In this document: positions 50,505 through 59,409 of the stretch, one piece after another
Position numbering within the stretch: the stretch's first letter is position 1
Layout of the letters: each line of letters starts with the position of its first letter
Assembly: GCA_016186395.1 (NCBI GenBank)
Contig: JACPLU010000006.1
Location: forward strand, 7,948-71,947
Direction: 5' to 3'
DNA: 64,000 bases
Origin: Parcubacteria group bacterium
Lineage (GTDB): Bacteria > Patescibacteriota > Minisyncoccia > 2-02-FULL-40-12
Translations under genes and position numbers: made by a program
The notes under the pieces: generated by a model
The model's input: only the letters and a program-made list of their open reading frames with translations
Told to the model about the DNA's origin: nothing
The model's database searches: none

Positions 50505-50710
50505 AATCCGTTCTACAAGCTCAAGACAAGTAATACTCTCGGCTTCCCGCCTTCGCCGAGGCTTCGGCGGACAGGCAGAATTCATTTTGCCCGCGTAGAG
50601 CAGCATGGCCGCCACACGGCTTTACGCCGCCCGCTCAGAATTTCGCTGTGCCCGTCCGTAGCTTTCTTTGGCCTTCGTAGCTTTAGCGAAGTAGGTAATG
50701 AAGGAGGATT
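50505..50710. repeat. Cluster of short GC-rich palindromic repeat units downstream of tRNA-Ser
   Basis: ttctacaagctcaaga, ccgccttcgccgaggcttcggcgg, ccgtagcttt, ccttcgtagctttagcgaagtagg. Confidence 0.7.
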
Positions 50711-50738
50711 CGAGCTATTTTTAGAATACACAGCAACA

Positions 50739-52316
50739 ATGAAATACACTAAAAACTTCAAACTTTGGTTATCTTTACTACTCATTGTTATGACTTTTTT
50801 GGGTATCTCCTCTTTTGCCAATTTCAGGTCTCCGGACATCTACGACCCTGACAGTTTTTATCATATTCGTCACTCCCAGATTTATGGGGAAAAGAGCATT
50901 TTTTACAGCGACTTTCCTTGGGCTCAATATTCAATCATAAAAGATTTAAAAGCTGATCTTTGGTACGGTTTCCACATTTTTTTGTTACCATTTACATATT
51001 TTAGTGATCTGGGGCTTGGTATTAAAGTGGCTGGATTCTTTATAACATTATTTGTTCTAGGTTCATTCTATTTTGCTTTAAGAAACCTGAATATTTCATT
51101 ACCTTGGCTTTGGTCATCTTTTTTTGTTTTTTCTTCACCCATGATTTTATATCGAATGGCTATGACCCGTCCGCATCCCTTATCATTAGGTATTTTTATT
51201 CTTATTTTCAGTTTTATCATTAAGGGACCGTGGTGGCCGCTGTTAATCTTTGGTTTTCTTGTATCTTGGATCCACTCTGCTTTATTTTGGTTTCCACTAA
51301 TGATATTCGCCGTTGTTGTCGTAGCTAAAAAAATCTATCATCAAGAGATAAATCTGATGAAACTTGGTGCTTCAGCCGGAGGAATAATAATCGGTTTATT
51401 TGTTCGTCCTAATCCAGTGGCCAATTTAAAACTTATTTTTATTCAAATAGTCGAACTTTATGTATCGAAAAAAGAGGTTTTAGATCAAATAATCGGGGGC
51501 GAACTTCGATCGCCGAGTTTTAAAAACGTCGAGACTTATGCTCTTTTGTTAGTAATTTTGTTAATCATAGCGACCATTCTTTTGGGGCGCATATTTTACA
51601 AAAAAGAAGTCCTAGCAGTTAATAAAAAAATAGTTATCTTAAGCTCCGGTATACTGACTATAGTTACACTAATAATGTATATGAACGCTAATAGAGCAAT
51701 CGATATTGCCGCTGCTTTTATAGTTATTTTTAGTGCAATGATACTAAGTTATTATTATGAATTGATAAAAAATAAAAACTATCTGTCTAGTTTTTCAAAA
51801 AAGACTCTGAACATTAGCGTCTCACTCTTGTTTTTGTTTATGATCTTTACGGCCTATAATTCCATTAAAGTTTCGGATAAGAATTTTATAACCAACGCCA
51901 AGCCAAGAACAACCTTTAAAGAACCCGCTTTATGGCTCAAAGAAAATACCAAAGAAGGTGAAATAGTTTTCCATTTGGGCTGGAGCCAATTTCCTATACT
52001 TTTTTTCTGGAATCAACACAATTACTATATCAACGGCATGGACCCGATATTCCTTTATAGTTATAACCCCGGCTTATACTGGAAAGCTTTTTATATGCTT
52101 GATAAAGACACATCCGGTTTCACTTGTGGTTTTATTAACTGTGAACCGAAACAAATGGAGTCAATCTACGATGTTCTGAAAAACGACTTTAAGGTTTCAT
52201 ATATTTTTTTAAGAAAAGTAGCTAATCCAAGATTTTTAGATTATGTGGAATCGGATAAAAACCACTTTAAAAAAGTCTATATTGATGAGTCAAATTTAAT
52301 CTATACGGTTCTGTGA
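50739..52316 (+). CDS. Polytopic membrane protein, GT-C glycosyltransferase-like
   Basis: DPDSFYH after TM1, many TM segments, WLKENT...YINGMDP soluble domain. Confidence 0.7.
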   Translation: MKYTKNFKLWLSLLLIVMTFLGISSFANFRSPDIYDPDSFYHIRHSQIYGEKSIFYSDFPWAQYSIIKDLKADLWYGFHIFLLPFTYFSDLGLGIKVAGFFITLFVLGSFYFALRNLNISLPWLWSSFFVFSSPMILYRMAMTRPHPLSLGIFILIFSFIIKGPWWPLLIFGFLVSWIHSALFWFPLMIFAVVVVAKKIYHQEINLMKLGASAGGIIIGLFVRPNPVANLKLIFIQIVELYVSKKEVLDQIIGGELRSPSFKNVETYALLLVILLIIATILLGRIFYKKEVLAVNKKIVILSSGILTIVTLIMYMNANRAIDIAAAFIVIFSAMILSYYYELIKNKNYLSSFSKKTLNISVSLLFLFMIFTAYNSIKVSDKNFITNAKPRTTFKEPALWLKENTKEGEIVFHLGWSQFPILFFWNQHNYYINGMDPIFLYSYNPGLYWKAFYMLDKDTSGFTCGFINCEPKQMESIYDVLKNDFKVSYIFLRKVANPRFLDYVESDKNHFKKVYIDESNLIYTVL

Positions 52317-52511
52317 TTCAAAAACAATATCAATGGATTGCCCGCATTCTAACCCGAGGCAGATTAGGGTTTGTTGTATATGCCATATACATAGCAAGTT
52401 ACACCCCTGGGTGGTCACAAGCTATTGAACCATGACACTTAGTTGACTTGTTTTAGAGAGTAAAGTACAATATTAGCTAGCATTAATTTTTTAAAAACCA
52501 CGGGAGACGAC

Positions 52512-52769
52512 ATGGCTAAGAAAAAAACAGATAAAAAAAATCTAAACAACGTTGACCTGAATATTAAGGCTATGCTCTCTTTTGATAAGAGTGGCGAAAG
52601 AATTTTATGCCTCATACTAGAAGCTCAAGATTCCCAAAGCGAAGAAATCCTAAGTGATATACTAAATGGCAAAATTAAGGGACTTGAGTACTGCAAAGAT
52701 AAACGTATTAAAATGGCTGCCGGCGGAGGTAATACTTATTGTTTTGTAATAAGTGAGCCCCAGCGATAG
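52512..52769 (+). CDS. Hypothetical protein
   Basis: GGGAG SD and a TTGACT-17-TACAAT promoter upstream. Confidence 0.65.
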   Translation: MAKKKTDKKNLNNVDLNIKAMLSFDKSGERILCLILEAQDSQSEEILSDILNGKIKGLEYCKDKRIKMAAGGGNTYCFVISEPQR

Positions 52770-52928
52770 GCCGACTAACCGTCGGCTTTTTGATTTCGCA
52801 AAACCAACTCAAAATTTAAATCTACCAAATTTTCCTCAAAAGTTCGTAATAACTGCTAAACAAATATTTTCCAACTGTCCCTCACGACATCACCAGTTAG
52901 GAAATGAAAAAACGCCTACAAAAGCGTT

Positions 52929-53351
52929 TTATTTTTCTGGATTAAGAATTTGGGCATAAACTTCTTGTTTCAGTAGTTCTTCATCCTGCTGGCTTAAAAT
53001 TTCTCGTTTAGCGCATTGGCTACACACAACTTTATATAATTGTTTTAATAACTGAACAAGTTGAGCCTCATCCTCATTGTTATATTTTCTGCTAAATCCC
53101 TTAGTTTGCGGTTCGGATAAAACCAAAATATCCAGCTTCCCTTTTTTTCTTAACTCCAAAGAAGTAAATCGCAGATAAATTATTTCACCAAGACCCCGAC
53201 TCTGAACTAGATAAAGCCAAATATCAACTTGTCTTTCCGTATTTTCATGCAATTTAGTAATGTACGGACCGTCTTCATTTCTATGCCAGAAAACATTATT
53301 TGACTGGGTATTTTGCAACAAATGTGAAACGACAAAAACATCGGAAATCAT
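52929..53351 (-). CDS. Hypothetical protein
   Basis: 140-aa ORF with a GGGGG SD-like sequence. Confidence 0.6.
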   Translation of the reverse strand: MISDVFVVSHLLQNTQSNNVFWHRNEDGPYITKLHENTERQVDIWLYLVQSRGLGEIIYLRFTSLELRKKGKLDILVLSEPQTKGFSRKYNNEDEAQLVQLLKQLYKVVCSQCAKREILSQQDEELLKQEVYAQILNPEK

Positions 53352-53468
53352 AACTTATCCCCCAATTATTTTTGTTAAGATTGCAATTTAAAGCTATTGT
53401 TCTAAATCCATTCCTATTTACAATCAAACAAATCCTCTGATAAATTTTGATTGAGTGCAATACTTTAT

Positions 53469-54278
53469 TTATTCTCCAATCTGTTTATACGGGCGAAGGC
53501 TTTTCTTAATTTCTCCCCAAGAACCCGGATTTTTTACAAGACAGTAAACACTGGTAATAAGCATGGTAATTATGGCTCCCGAAGTAGCGAGTAACATGTC
53601 TTTTTGAGCATCCCAAATATCTCCTTGGGCACCCAAAAAAGCAAGACCAGCTTCTGGATCAACCGCTGCCGCTGCCAACCATTCAATAATTTCATAAATT
53701 GCAGAAAAAGCAAGCGTAAGCTCAACGGGCAAATAATAGTTCCAAAATCCTCTAGCACGCCCAATCACCATAAACATTTCACGTAAGGGATAAGCCAAAA
53801 GCAAACCGAAAGAAAAATGCACAAGACGGTCATACATATTACGGTCTGCGCCCAAAAAGTTCTGAAGCTTAAAACCAAATGGAACTTCAGCATAAGTATA
53901 ATGAGAACCAACAACGTGTAAAATCATAAATGCGGTCAAAAAAACATAAGACAAATTAGAAAGTTTAAAGTACAGTCCGACCAATAGAATGATTGGCACG
54001 AAAAAGAAAATTAAATAATTTTCAAGCAACCAAGCATGCGGGAAAAGAGGATTAACAGCTGACCAAACCCAAACAATATTAAAAGCAGTAAAAAGAATTA
54101 GTTGAAACTTAGAAAGAAGATACCTGGCAGATAAAACCGTTAATGGGACAAAAATAAAAATCAGATAAACCTGCTGAATTGGCAATTGAACCTGATTTAA
54201 ACTAGCCACCATTCCTGTCCAAACCCAAGTCAAAATAAGTATTGAGTAAAGCAAAAAACGAGCTCTAGGTTTTGTCAT
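53469..54278 (-). CDS. DUF2238 (YjdF) family membrane protein
   Basis: WLLEN, GSHYTYAEVP, RNMYDRLVHF and FLGAQGDIWDAQKD motifs. Confidence 0.9.
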   Translation of the reverse strand: MTKPRARFLLYSILILTWVWTGMVASLNQVQLPIQQVYLIFIFVPLTVLSARYLLSKFQLILFTAFNIVWVWSAVNPLFPHAWLLENYLIFFFVPIILLVGLYFKLSNLSYVFLTAFMILHVVGSHYTYAEVPFGFKLQNFLGADRNMYDRLVHFSFGLLLAYPLREMFMVIGRARGFWNYYLPVELTLAFSAIYEIIEWLAAAAVDPEAGLAFLGAQGDIWDAQKDMLLATSGAIITMLITSVYCLVKNPGSWGEIKKSLRPYKQIGE

Positions 54279-54297
54279 AATTGAATAAGACTAAATT

Positions 54298-55347
54298 TTA
54301 CTTCTCAATCTTTATTGAATAAACGGTGTCATCGGAGTTTTTTATTATAAGGATATCCTCCAAAGAAGAAGCTAAAATTTTAATAGGCTTAAGAGAAAAA
54401 GTTACCATAGTTTGATATTCGCCTGTTTCTAGGTCTAATTTCCCTATTTCCCCGTCTTTCCCACAAAAAACACTTTTAGTATTCAAAGACCATAAACAAG
54501 AAAGGACACCAGAAACTGAAAAGGTTTTAAGCAATCTTCCATCTTGAGATCTTAATTCAAATCTTTCCTTACCATCTGATTTATATGAGATTAGATATGA
54601 ATTGCCGTCTTTAGACCAAAAAATATTGGGTTCGGAGATGTTTGGCATAATTTTCTTAAAATCAGATCCGTCTGTGTTAAGAGAAAATAAGTCAGTCGCA
54701 TCCTGTTTATTCGTTGGATAGAAAAATAGTCTATTATTTTGCGACCAAAATAAATTTAATGCTGAAATTTTAGTTTTATAAACAATTCTATAATTCCCTC
54801 CGTCTGGATCAGAAATGGCAAGGTTCCCCTCTTCCTTTTGATCTTCAAAAAAGTGATATACGATTTTTTCGCTACTCGGCGAAAAAGTAATAAATTTAAT
54901 AGCTGGGTGCAAGTTGGACGATACTTTATCAGAAAGCCTGAAATAACGCGGAGCGGAACTAAAGCCAAACTTTTCTATTAAACTACTTCCACCCACTGAC
55001 CAGACAGCTTCCGAAACCGGCTTATCGGCCTTACGAACTACTTTCCTATCTTTACCGTCGAAACCAACTCCTTCTATCATCCCATTCTCATCAACATAAA
55101 CTATGCCTTTATTTTCACTATTAATCTGAAAATCAACTATCTTTTTAGAGGTTAATTTAACCGGAGTAAATAAAGGTTGTTCATCAAGTGACCTCGTTTT
55201 TGGTAAAGTATCGTCTGAAGTTTGGTCAAAAATTTGAGCTTTTTGATATTTCACTACATCCGGACGCTTTAAATTTAAAACAACCAAAACCAGGGCAAGC
55301 CCAGAAAGAATTACTATAAGAGCTTTCAAATTACTTTTAGAAAACAT
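54298..55347 (-). CDS. Membrane-anchored beta-propeller (TolB-like) protein
   Basis: N-terminal TM segment with repeated WS/FSP.DG blades. Confidence 0.75.
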   Translation of the reverse strand: MFSKSNLKALIVILSGLALVLVVLNLKRPDVVKYQKAQIFDQTSDDTLPKTRSLDEQPLFTPVKLTSKKIVDFQINSENKGIVYVDENGMIEGVGFDGKDRKVVRKADKPVSEAVWSVGGSSLIEKFGFSSAPRYFRLSDKVSSNLHPAIKFITFSPSSEKIVYHFFEDQKEEGNLAISDPDGGNYRIVYKTKISALNLFWSQNNRLFFYPTNKQDATDLFSLNTDGSDFKKIMPNISEPNIFWSKDGNSYLISYKSDGKERFELRSQDGRLLKTFSVSGVLSCLWSLNTKSVFCGKDGEIGKLDLETGEYQTMVTFSLKPIKILASSLEDILIIKNSDDTVYSIKIEK

Positions 55348-55348
55348 T

Positions 55349-55762
55349 TTACGGAGGAGTAATCGCCGGCAATTTAGTAGTTTGACCCACTAAATCCGGA
55401 TTAATAACGTTTAAGATAAGCCAAGCGGAAAGAACTAAAGCAAAACCCAAAAGCGCATTACTCATTTTTTCTTTAGCCGATTGGACTTTTGTTAAATTTG
55501 GTCCGGCAAAAAACCAATCAATTCCAGCCCTTAGAAACTGAACAAACATGGCCAAACCGACTACCCAAATCCCAAGAGTAAATAAATAATTAAACAGACC
55601 ACCTAAATCCTGAATGTTTGCTGGATCCAAAGATCCACTTCCTAATTTTGGCAGATAACGAACAAAAGCAACCTCTGCAGAAGCCTTAGAAACTAAAATT
55701 AAAAATGACCCAAAAAGAATAAATAGGATGCTGAATATATTTTGTAATTTAATCTTTTTCAT
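55349..55762 (-). CDS. VirB2/TrbC-like T4SS pilin
   Basis: Signal peptide plus two TM segments, AG..W...AKEKMSNALLGFALVLSAWLILNVINP. Confidence 0.75.
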   Translation of the reverse strand: MKKIKLQNIFSILFILFGSFLILVSKASAEVAFVRYLPKLGSGSLDPANIQDLGGLFNYLFTLGIWVVGLAMFVQFLRAGIDWFFAGPNLTKVQSAKEKMSNALLGFALVLSAWLILNVINPDLVGQTTKLPAITPP

Positions 55763-57569
55763 TTGAATTTTTTTCTTGTATCCACTGCTTTTTGGCCTCC
55801 TGAATTTCCAAAATTTGTCTCGGATCAGAAGTAATAATCTGATCTTCAGTATAAGATGCGACTACTCTAATTGCAATGTGATTTTGGGAGGCAAAAAATA
55901 AACCATGGCCGACTTTTGACTCCAACAGGATAAATTTTTCCGCATCTGTAAGATTAAAAGCATCTTTTACCTGTTCTGCGGCCGCAGGTGATTGCTTCAT
56001 TAATATCTGCATGGATGAATTAGTTATAATCGGCTTACCCATTGGGGAGTCTAAAAAATCTGGAACATCTTGGGAGATTGTAGTTAATCCCAAAAAATAT
56101 TTCCTAGCTCTTTTGGCAACATTCAACATAAAGTTAGCTCCAGTCTGATTACGCATAAGCCACCAGGCCTCATCAACCGCAAGAATACGTTTTCTAAGTT
56201 TTGATCTAATCTTTGCCCAAATATGATTCAAAACCAAGTACATAGCTATTGGTTTTAGTTCGTCTTCCATATCGCGAATGCTAAAAACAACCAGTGGATT
56301 ATCCAAGGACGTATTTGTAGGTTGATTCAAAAAACCAGCCAAAGTTCCTTCGGTAAATCTTTTCAAACGGGCAACTAGAGATTCCGCCCCAACCATACCT
56401 TCCAGAACAGATTGCAAATCAGAAAGTAACGGCGGTTCTAATTTTGAAAAATCAGACTCCGGCGTTATATCTTTTATTGCATAGGTCTGTCTTAAACCCT
56501 CGTCAACAATTGACTCTTCCTCTGGAGTAAAGTTACCCAACATTACTCTTAAAAGTCCGGTTAAATCAAGAATATGAGTACGGAACACATCTCCCGGCTT
56601 TTCATCCTCTCTGGGGGTAGGCAAATCAAATGGATTAATGTGTTGGTCTGAAGAAATAGAAATTTTCACAAAAGAACCCCCCATTGTTTCGGATAAATAT
56701 TTATACTCATTTTCAGGATCAATCACAAAGACCTGTGTTCCAAACATCAAACTTCTTAAAATTTCCAATTTTACGGTATAACTTTTACCGCCTCCGGATT
56801 TACCAAAAACAACTTCATTCGCATTTTCCAAACTAAACCTGTCAAAAAGTACTAAAGAATTATTATGCAAATTTATTCCATAAAGCAAGCCCTTGGTTTG
56901 AGTTAAATCGTAAGAAACAAACGGAAAGCTTGAAGAAAGAGGTTCGGTATTTAAAGAAGTGTGGAGAAGCAATTGATCACTACCAAGAGGCACGGTTGAC
57001 ATAAAACCTTGGGCCATTCTGAAAGTCGCCGGCTTTACATAAACCAACTGGGACTCCAAAATTCCTCTGATTCTACGTTCCAATTCGTCCAACTCCTTGA
57101 TTGATTCACCGTAAATCGTGATGTAAAAACCGGCCTGAAAAAAACGATCCGTTCCCTGCTGTAATTTGTCCCTAAGGACTTCAATATCTCCAACGGCTGT
57201 CTCAAGAATTGGATCCCGAACCTTTCCCTGCTCTGCTTCTTCGATCCGTTGAGCTTCAAGTCTGGTAAGTTTATCACGTAATTTTTTTAAAATTGCAGGC
57301 GTATCCGCAGGATGAATGTGAATTGCCGCATCTATTTGTTGATCAAGATTAATAATTTGAGAAAGCCAATTTGTATTTAAAAATCTTGGAAAAGAAGAAA
57401 TAAAAAATGTCCGGCCGACAATTGCACCCACTTGAAAATCGTTTGAACCGATATTTATAGCTGCCGGCGCTAAAAGTTCAACCAATCCTTTTGGTTTTGG
57501 GGATTCAATTTTTTCTTTTTTCTTTCCAAAAAACGGTAAAGCCAATGCTACTTTTGAAACACGGGACAT
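55749..57569 (-). CDS. VirB4/TraE-like ATPase
   Basis: FGKSGGGKSY Walker A, IDPENEY, VDEAW Walker B and KRARKY. Confidence 0.92.
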   Translation of the reverse strand: MSRVSKVALALPFFGKKKEKIESPKPKGLVELLAPAAINIGSNDFQVGAIVGRTFFISSFPRFLNTNWLSQIINLDQQIDAAIHIHPADTPAILKKLRDKLTRLEAQRIEEAEQGKVRDPILETAVGDIEVLRDKLQQGTDRFFQAGFYITIYGESIKELDELERRIRGILESQLVYVKPATFRMAQGFMSTVPLGSDQLLLHTSLNTEPLSSSFPFVSYDLTQTKGLLYGINLHNNSLVLFDRFSLENANEVVFGKSGGGKSYTVKLEILRSLMFGTQVFVIDPENEYKYLSETMGGSFVKISISSDQHINPFDLPTPREDEKPGDVFRTHILDLTGLLRVMLGNFTPEEESIVDEGLRQTYAIKDITPESDFSKLEPPLLSDLQSVLEGMVGAESLVARLKRFTEGTLAGFLNQPTNTSLDNPLVVFSIRDMEDELKPIAMYLVLNHIWAKIRSKLRKRILAVDEAWWLMRNQTGANFMLNVAKRARKYFLGLTTISQDVPDFLDSPMGKPIITNSSMQILMKQSPAAAEQVKDAFNLTDAEKFILLESKVGHGLFFASQNHIAIRVVASYTEDQIITSDPRQILEIQEAKKQWIQEKNSNEKD

Positions 57570-57660
57570 GGAACTTGAAACTCAAGATTTACGATTCACG
57601 ATTCAAGATTCAGGTTTCATGATTCAAGTTTCATATTCTATGGTTCAAGTTTTATGTTTT
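57570..57660. repeat. Heptamer array (TGAAAC/GTTTCA family) filling an intergenic gap
   Basis: cgattca-cgattca-agattca-ggtttca-tgattca-agtttca-tattcta-tggttca-agtttta-tgtttta. Confidence 0.9.
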
Positions 57661-58318
57661 ATGTTACAGGTTTCACCTCCTCCAGTTTAATGGTTTCTGG
57701 TGATCTCGGATTATAAAGCTGATAATAAAGATTTGCTAATTCGTCCTTAGAAAGTAAACGCGTCTTTAAACTCATTGACGATAGCCCTTCTTCCACTAAA
57801 GCCAGTCTTTGTCTTAATTGCCCGCTAAAAGTTTGGAACTGTTCATCGCTTAACTGTTGAACACCCGAAGCAGAAGAAGTTTTAAAAATTCCGCTAAGAT
57901 TTTTTAAAAATCCGCCTTTTGAAATTGATTCAACAAAGTAAAAAGGGACAACTATATAAAAATGCCTGCTCATAATATTTGCCAGTTCCACCAAACCTTT
58001 GATGTATCTTGAGTACTCTATCGCCTGAATTCTCAATAATTCGTTGTCCAAATTTTTAATTAATTCTTCCAACTCCTGAAGATAAGACTTTATGTTAAGT
58101 TTTCTTGAACTAACAACAATTTGAGCAGGAAAATCAAGTGAGTTTAAAAACTCCTGAAATCTGTGCAAAATGGCCACTTGTTCATCTTGCGATCTCAATT
58201 CAAAGTTAATCGAGCCGACTTCTAATACGGCACGAAGAGTGCCGTTTTTTAATATCACAATGTCGTCTCTTATATCCGCGATTTCTATAAATTGTAAAGT
58301 TGATTGATTTTCAGCCAT
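57659..58318 (-). CDS. T4SS-associated conserved protein (TraC/VirB4 N-terminal-like)
   Basis: SINFELRSQDEQ...FLNSLDFP.QI; between PrgI and VirB4. Confidence 0.75.
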   Translation of the reverse strand: MAENQSTLQFIEIADIRDDIVILKNGTLRAVLEVGSINFELRSQDEQVAILHRFQEFLNSLDFPAQIVVSSRKLNIKSYLQELEELIKNLDNELLRIQAIEYSRYIKGLVELANIMSRHFYIVVPFYFVESISKGGFLKNLSGIFKTSSASGVQQLSDEQFQTFSGQLRQRLALVEEGLSSMSLKTRLLSKDELANLYYQLYNPRSPETIKLEEVKPVT

Positions 58319-58421
58319 GATACTTGAGACATGAAACCTGAAACATAGAATATGAAACTTGAAACTTAGAACTCGAGATTCAAGATTCAGGTTTCATGTT
58401 TCATGGTTCATGATTCATGAT
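58319..58421. repeat. Inverted heptamer array filling an intergenic gap
   Basis: tgagaca-tgaaacc-tgaaaca-tagaata-tgaaact-tgaaact-tagaact then agattca-agattca-ggtttca-tgtttca-tggttca-tgattca. Confidence 0.92.
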
Positions 58422-58757
58422 TTATACTTCCGGTTTGTTTGTTCCCTGAATAAATGACTGCACATCTAAGTCAGATTTTTCTTCTTTTCTAAAAAAGTAT
58501 CTTTTTGGACCAAAAGTATAAGAAATAGCTAATGACATGTACTGAATTAATGGCAAACCTTCAATCCTAACAAAGGCCATAGATCCGAAAAAAGCGATCA
58601 CAAAAACTGCAATTGTAAAAAATAAAACCCCGCTAAGCAATCGAAACAGTAACAGCAGAAGTCCGACACCCAAGGCTACCCAAATAAACTGTTGGATCGT
58701 AAATGGACCAACTACTTTAACTTCTGTTTCTATAAATTGTGGGACTTGGAATCTCAT
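58422..58757 (-). CDS. PrgI family protein
   Basis: FQVPQFIETE.KVVGPFT.QQF plus two TM segments. Confidence 0.88.
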   Translation of the reverse strand: MRFQVPQFIETEVKVVGPFTIQQFIWVALGVGLLLLLFRLLSGVLFFTIAVFVIAFFGSMAFVRIEGLPLIQYMSLAISYTFGPKRYFFRKEEKSDLDVQSFIQGTNKPEV

Positions 58758-58761
58758 TGGG

Positions 58762-58833
58762 GCTTAAAACATAAAACTTAAATCTTGAAACCTGAATCTT
58801 GAATCTCAAGTTCTAAGTTCCAAGTTTCATAAT
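58762..58833. repeat. Inverted heptamer array filling an intergenic gap
   Basis: taaaaca-taaaact-taaatct-tgaaacc-tgaatct-tgaatct then agttcta-agttcca-agtttca. Confidence 0.88.
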
Positions 58834-59391
58834 CTATGGTTTGTTTCTCAGGTCTACTACATTATTTGACGGTTTTGGTTGTGCAATAACCGGCGGCCGA
58901 GGCGGCAATGGTCTTGGTACTTCTGGATTTCTAAATTCATTTTGTAATGATTTTGCCTGGGACTGGTTTGACACTCCAGGAGTTGCCTGAACGGAAAACT
59001 TCTGAATGTGCATTTGTTTCAATTGCGGCAGAATGGGTTGAAAAATTTGATTAATCACAATTGCCGCGATTTGTTTTGCTGTTTCCTGATCAAGTTGCAG
59101 CCTTTCCCCTATTTGTTTAATAACATCTCCCAAATAAACCCAGCCCAAAATAATTTCCATTAACAATTTAGCCAATTCCGAACTTTTCTTTTCATCTAAT
59201 TTAAACGGTATAGCAATTGAATCTTTAAGTTGATGCGGCATTTCTGATTCAAAAATAAAGGTCCGAATATATTGACTCAACCCCATCAAAGCATCCATAA
59301 ATTTGGCAGACTTAAAACTATTGCCTTTAATTTCTGAGGTGTAAACGTTGTATGGGTCAAAATTTATTAATTCTGAAATAGAAACTGGCAT
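58834..59391 (-). CDS. Hypothetical protein with Pro-rich tail
   Basis: Ends NNVVDLRNK; part of the T4SS-like operon. Confidence 0.75.
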   Translation of the reverse strand: MPVSISELINFDPYNVYTSEIKGNSFKSAKFMDALMGLSQYIRTFIFESEMPHQLKDSIAIPFKLDEKKSSELAKLLMEIILGWVYLGDVIKQIGERLQLDQETAKQIAAIVINQIFQPILPQLKQMHIQKFSVQATPGVSNQSQAKSLQNEFRNPEVPRPLPPRPPVIAQPKPSNNVVDLRNKP

Positions 59392-59409
59392 AATAATAGA
59401 TTTAAAGAA

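Noticed and set aside
57570-58833. Repeat arrays as CRISPR
   Set aside because: The units are 7-nt tandem repeats without unique spacers, and there are no cas genes in the window.
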